DNA from: a bacterium
Lineage (GTDB): Bacteria > Krumholzibacteriota > Krumholzibacteriia > G020349025
Length of the DNA stretch: 30,085 nt
Reading direction: 5' to 3'
Assembly: GCA_031362565.1 (NCBI GenBank)
Contig: JANLSU010000030.1
Location: 1-30,085, forward strand
The position numbers and the translations under genes were made by a program. Below are positions 26,425 to 30,085 of this stretch, in pieces. Within the stretch, counting starts at the first letter, position 1, and the number at the start of each line of letters is the position of its first letter. The notes beneath the pieces were generated by a model. The model searched no databases and was not told where the DNA came from. It was given only the letters and a program-made list of their open reading frames with translations.

Positions 26425-27081
26425 CTACCCCCCGCACTCGAATCGCTTCGTTGCCGCCTCGAAACGGTGGCGCGCGGCTTCGATGTCGAATGGCCGTTCG
26501 CGGAGCGTCTCCGCGTCCCATTCACTGCGCGGCTTGGCGAAGAAATCGCCGCCATAGATGTGAATGGCGCCGGTGAGCCGCTCGATTGGATTGGTCACGG
26601 AATGAATCGCGGTCTCCGGGAGCGGAAACACGTCCTTCTCCGATAGCGACGCGGCGCTGGCCGCCTCGACGACCGGACCCTGGCGCTCCCAAGTGATGTT
26701 GTCCTCGCGCCCTGAATAGATACCGATCGTCGCCCACATGTTGTGGTTGTGCGGCAGGAGCAACATGAGCGGCGCCCAGATGACATTGAGAATCGTCAAG
26801 TCGTCGGCGCGATACAACGTATGAATCCCAGCTTGCATCGGTTCACCGAGTCCGTGGAGCACTGCCGCAGGTTCCGACACCGCGCGCGCGAGGACTTCCT
26901 GAACCGACTTTTGGCTGTCCGCGTCTTGGCGCGCCCGTTTCACATCGTCGAGGAATCGATCGACGTCGAACCGCGAGTTCATGGCAACACTTCCTCTCGC
27001 CTGTGCTGGAGCCAATGCAGCGCCTGCTGCCAGCAGACCTGCGGTGCCGATCAGAAACTCGCGCTGTGACAGATCGATCAT
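26425..27081 (-). CDS. Cysteine dioxygenase-like cupin (thiol dioxygenase family), possibly with a Tat-like leader
   Basis: PHNH, IHSVTNP and AIHIYG motifs. GAGGT RBS before MIDLSQREFL; an alternative start lies at 26982. Confidence 0.8.
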   Translation of the reverse strand: MIDLSQREFLIGTAGLLAAGAALAPAQARGSVAMNSRFDVDRFLDDVKRARQDADSQKSVQEVLARAVSEPAAVLHGLGEPMQAGIHTLYRADDLTILNVIWAPLMLLLPHNHNMWATIGIYSGREDNITWERQGPVVEAASAASLSEKDVFPLPETAIHSVTNPIERLTGAIHIYGGDFFAKPRSEWDAETLRERPFDIEAARHRFEAATKRFECGG

Positions 27082-27296
27082 TCGGACCTCCAGCGCCCTG
27101 CGCACCCATTGGCGGACCAGCGCATTTTACACCTCGGGCGGGGCCGCAAAAGCCCGCTTCGACCCGCGCCGAGGCCCCGTGGGGATCCTGACGCCCGTGG
27201 CGCCGTCCTTGCAACCGGCTTGCCCTCATCCGTGGGAGTGCCTAGATTCAGGCTCGTCGGCGACCTTCCCAGCACACCCACCATGGGAGATACTTC

Positions 27297-27713
27297 ATGA
27301 AGCGACGCAGAGCGGCCTCTCGTTCGAAAGTCCTGTTGATCGGGACACTGACGGCTCTCGCCACGGTCACCGTGCTGGCCGTAACACGACCGCACGCCAA
27401 CGCCGGTGAACATGCCACGGCGGCGCAAGCCGGGATGCGCGCCGTCATCGACCCGGAGACCGGCCAACTCGGCACGTCATCGGGCCTGCCGGCGCCGACG
27501 GCCGAGGAAAAGGCGCTCCTCCAACCGGCGCAGGCCCAGCCCCGCCAGGTTGTCCTGCCGGACGGTTCCGTGATGGTCGAATTGAACGGCACGGGCCAAG
27601 AATTTGCCGTGATGCACATCGACGCCGCCGGCAAACGCAGCGTGCAATGCGTGCAGGATGTCGGCAAGGCGCTGCAGACTCCGCCTCCCGCGGTCACGCC
27701 GGAGGAACGGTAA
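27297..27713 (+). CDS. Small secreted protein, post-PEP-CTERM-1-like
   Basis: Signal peptide; GMRAVIDPETGQL and LPDGSVMVEL motifs; its end carries the RBS of the next gene. Confidence 0.7.
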   Translation: MKRRRAASRSKVLLIGTLTALATVTVLAVTRPHANAGEHATAAQAGMRAVIDPETGQLGTSSGLPAPTAEEKALLQPAQAQPRQVVLPDGSVMVELNGTGQEFAVMHIDAAGKRSVQCVQDVGKALQTPPPAVTPEER

Positions 27714-27715
27714 TC

Positions 27716-29425
27716 ATGAACTTCTTCAACTTCGTTCGTTCGCGCGCTACGCTGCTGCTCCTGCTCGGAGCGTCGATGGCTGCGGGATCCCGCACCGCAG
27801 ACGCCGCCACCATTGTCATCGTCAACAACGACGGCGCCGGCGAAGGATTCAACGATCCCACGCCGCGGGCGGCCGTACCCGGTAACCCGGGCGTTACACT
27901 CGGCCAGCAGCGGCTCAATGTCTTCCAGGCCGCCGCGAACATTTGGGGCGGCATCCTGACCAGCAGCGTCACTATTACAGTGCGGGCGCAGTTCGACCCA
28001 CTGACTTGCGCCGCGTCGAGCGCCGTACTCGGCAGCGCCGGTCCCACGACGATCCACCGCGACTTTCCGGGTGTACCGCTCGCTGGACACTGGTACCACC
28101 AGGCACTCGCGAACAAACTGACCGGGTCGGATCAATCGGCAGCAAATCCCGATATCAACGCGACCTTCAACTCCAACATCGACGCCGGGTGCTTCGGCCC
28201 CGGCCTGGTGTGGTACTACGGCACGGACGGGAACGAGGGCGCGAACATCGAACTGCTCCCCGTCGTTCTGCACGAGTTGGGACACGGCCTGGGTTTCAGC
28301 ACGACAACGAACGGTGCCAACGGGGCGTTCAATAGCTCGTTCCCGGGTGTCTGGGATCACTTCCTGATGGACAACACCAACGGACTCCACTGGGATCAAA
28401 TGACGCCGGCGCAACGTGTCGCGTCTGCGATCGCCCTCGACCACTTGGTCTGGGACGGACCCTGGGGCATCGCCGAAGCGACCACGCTCGCCTTCCGCGC
28501 CAAGATGGTGATCAACACGCCGGCCGGCATCGCCGGCCAGTACCAAGCGCAAGCCGCCTCGTTCGGTGCGGCGCTCACGCTCGCGGGAGTGACGGATGAC
28601 GTCGTACTCGCGACCGATGGGACGGCGCCGGTCAACGATATCTGCGAACCGATCACCAACGCGGCGGCGATTGCCGGCAAGTTCGCGCTCGTCGATCGCG
28701 GCATTTGCTCGTTCGTGGCGAAGGCTTTGGCGGTACAGGCGGCGGGCGCGACCGGCCTGATCGTCGTCAACAACGTCGCCAGCGGATTGCCGGGGATGGG
28801 TGGTGTCGATCCTTCGATCACGATCCCCTGCATCGGCATCTCACAGGCCGACGGCAATGCGATCAAAGCCAATCTGGGGTCCGGCGTCACCGTGACGATG
28901 GGGCTCAACTCGGCGCTGAGAGCCGGCGCCGACGCCAGTGGCCGGCCGCTCATGTACTCGCCGAACCCATTCGCGGCCGGTTCGTCGGTCTCGCACTGGG
29001 ACATCAGCCTGGCACCGAACGCGCTCATGGAACCGGCGATCAACGCCGACCTTCACAACACGATCGATCTCGCACATGGGCTCTTCGTCGACATCGGGTG
29101 GTTCCGGGACGCGACGGACGCGGGCCCGGACGAAATCGCCGCGTCGCGGGCGATCACGATGGAGGCCCCGGTCCCGAACCCGGCCACGAGCAGTACATCC
29201 GTGGCATTCCGGATTGGTACGGCAGGCCGCGTCAAGCTCACCATCACCGACGTCAGCGGCCACACGGTTCGCCGGCTGCACGACGGCTTCTTGACCGCCG
29301 GCGGCCACCAGCACAACTGGGATGGCCGAACGGAACGTGGCGGGATGGCGCCCGCCGGCGTCTACTTCATCCGCCTGCAGACGTCCGCTGGGGCGAGGAC
29401 CCAGCGCGTCACATTCGTGCGCTGA
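27716..29425 (+). CDS. Secreted PA-domain zinc metallopeptidase with C-terminal FlgD-Ig-like domain
   Basis: Signal peptide; HELGHGLGF; PA domain (LVDRGICSFVAKALAVQAAGA); GSSVSHWD...LMEP; PNP...WDGR...AGVYFIRL. Confidence 0.9.
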   Translation: MNFFNFVRSRATLLLLLGASMAAGSRTADAATIVIVNNDGAGEGFNDPTPRAAVPGNPGVTLGQQRLNVFQAAANIWGGILTSSVTITVRAQFDPLTCAASSAVLGSAGPTTIHRDFPGVPLAGHWYHQALANKLTGSDQSAANPDINATFNSNIDAGCFGPGLVWYYGTDGNEGANIELLPVVLHELGHGLGFSTTTNGANGAFNSSFPGVWDHFLMDNTNGLHWDQMTPAQRVASAIALDHLVWDGPWGIAEATTLAFRAKMVINTPAGIAGQYQAQAASFGAALTLAGVTDDVVLATDGTAPVNDICEPITNAAAIAGKFALVDRGICSFVAKALAVQAAGATGLIVVNNVASGLPGMGGVDPSITIPCIGISQADGNAIKANLGSGVTVTMGLNSALRAGADASGRPLMYSPNPFAAGSSVSHWDISLAPNALMEPAINADLHNTIDLAHGLFVDIGWFRDATDAGPDEIAASRAITMEAPVPNPATSSTSVAFRIGTAGRVKLTITDVSGHTVRRLHDGFLTAGGHQHNWDGRTERGGMAPAGVYFIRLQTSAGARTQRVTFVR

Positions 29426-29447
29426 TTCCAGGAACAGCGTTCGCAAC

Positions 29448-29484
29448 ACCTCCCCGCTCTGCAAAGGGCGGGGAGGTTTTTTTT
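29448..29484 (+). terminator. Intrinsic terminator
   Basis: ACCTCCCCGCTCT-gcaa-AGGGCGGGGAGGT followed by a T run. Confidence 0.92.
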
Positions 29485-29584
29485 GGCCGAATGGGTGCCG
29501 CAAGGACTGCGGCCCGGGCCTTGCCGCCAAGCACTGCCGGTGCTAGCGTTCTAGATGGATGGTGGCAACGAAAAGGGGGCCCGC

Positions 29585-29998
29585 ATGACTCGCACCCATG
29601 GAGTTCGCGGCGTACTTCTCGTTCTTCTGGTCTCGCTCTGCTCAGTGGGCGCCGTGTGCGAACTTCCCGAGTCGCCGCGACCCTCGAACAAACCCGGTGC
29701 AATTCACATTACCGCCCGAACACTCCAGGGCGTGCCGGCGTCCGCCGTGCAAATACGCCTCGACCGTTGGAGCAGCTGTGCGACCTTGATGCAGTACTTC
29801 TGCAGCCAATTGATGGAAACCAGAACAGTATCTTCCAACGCGTCGGGCGAGGTGCCGGCGCAGAGTGCGGCGCCAGGCCGGTGGACGTTGACGGTGCTCG
29901 ACACCGACCTGTGGTCGCATTTCAGCGGCGGCGGTGACGTCCAGGTTTCCGCCGGCCACACAGTGGACATCAGCGTTACGGTGCAACCGCATCCGTGA
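29585..29998 (+). CDS. Small secreted protein with a carboxypeptidase-regulatory-like beta-sandwich
   Basis: Signal peptide; G.I.ITA...GVPA...SNASGE...PGRWTLTV...VQVSAGHTVDISVTV pattern. Confidence 0.55.
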   Translation: MTRTHGVRGVLLVLLVSLCSVGAVCELPESPRPSNKPGAIHITARTLQGVPASAVQIRLDRWSSCATLMQYFCSQLMETRTVSSNASGEVPAQSAAPGRWTLTVLDTDLWSHFSGGGDVQVSAGHTVDISVTVQPHP

Positions 29999-30085
29999 AC
30001 GATTCGTTCACCAAGCAACGACCTGCAGCATCAGCTCATGGAAGGGCGCGAGATGTATCTCGAGGTCGGCAAGATCCCGGTGCAT

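Noticed and set aside
18060..30085. Integrase-type island or prophage with attR at tRNA-His
   Set aside because: No integrase, phage genes or repeat of the tRNA 3' end seen in the window.
29995..30085. Partial CDS at the right edge
   Set aside because: Too short to choose a frame or assign a product.

Overview
High-GC bacterial window. Three secreted proteins end in FlgD-Ig-like C-terminal domains, which suggests (inference) an FCB-related lineage such as Eisenbacteria, Krumholzibacteriota or Latescibacterota. The left edge is the 5' end of a probable IS1380-family element. Mostly housekeeping genes follow: SPOR protein, EamA transporter, P5C dehydrogenase, ClC-CBS-TrkA_C channel, a large PL26-like secreted enzyme, an archaeal-like SHMT, a CMD protein, a TPR-zincin, a thioredoxin-like protein, an orphan lipoprotein, PduO, an RluA-family synthase and tRNA-His. 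After the tRNA lies the best candidate for a novel system: a lipoprotein TPR-CHAT (caspase-like) protease converging on an ECF sigma / double-zinc-finger membrane anti-sigma pair. A 33-bp promoter-like motif (GTCACA-N15-GGACAnTCGTCG) occurs both upstream of the sigma gene and upstream of a divergent pair of secreted-protein genes, pointing to a self-contained protease-controlled envelope regulon. Three intergenic regions carry unexplained structure: a promoter-plus-hairpins sRNA candidate, a mosaic of three repeat families, and a ~170-nt rod-like hairpin. All calls come from motif recognition by eye; no searches were run.
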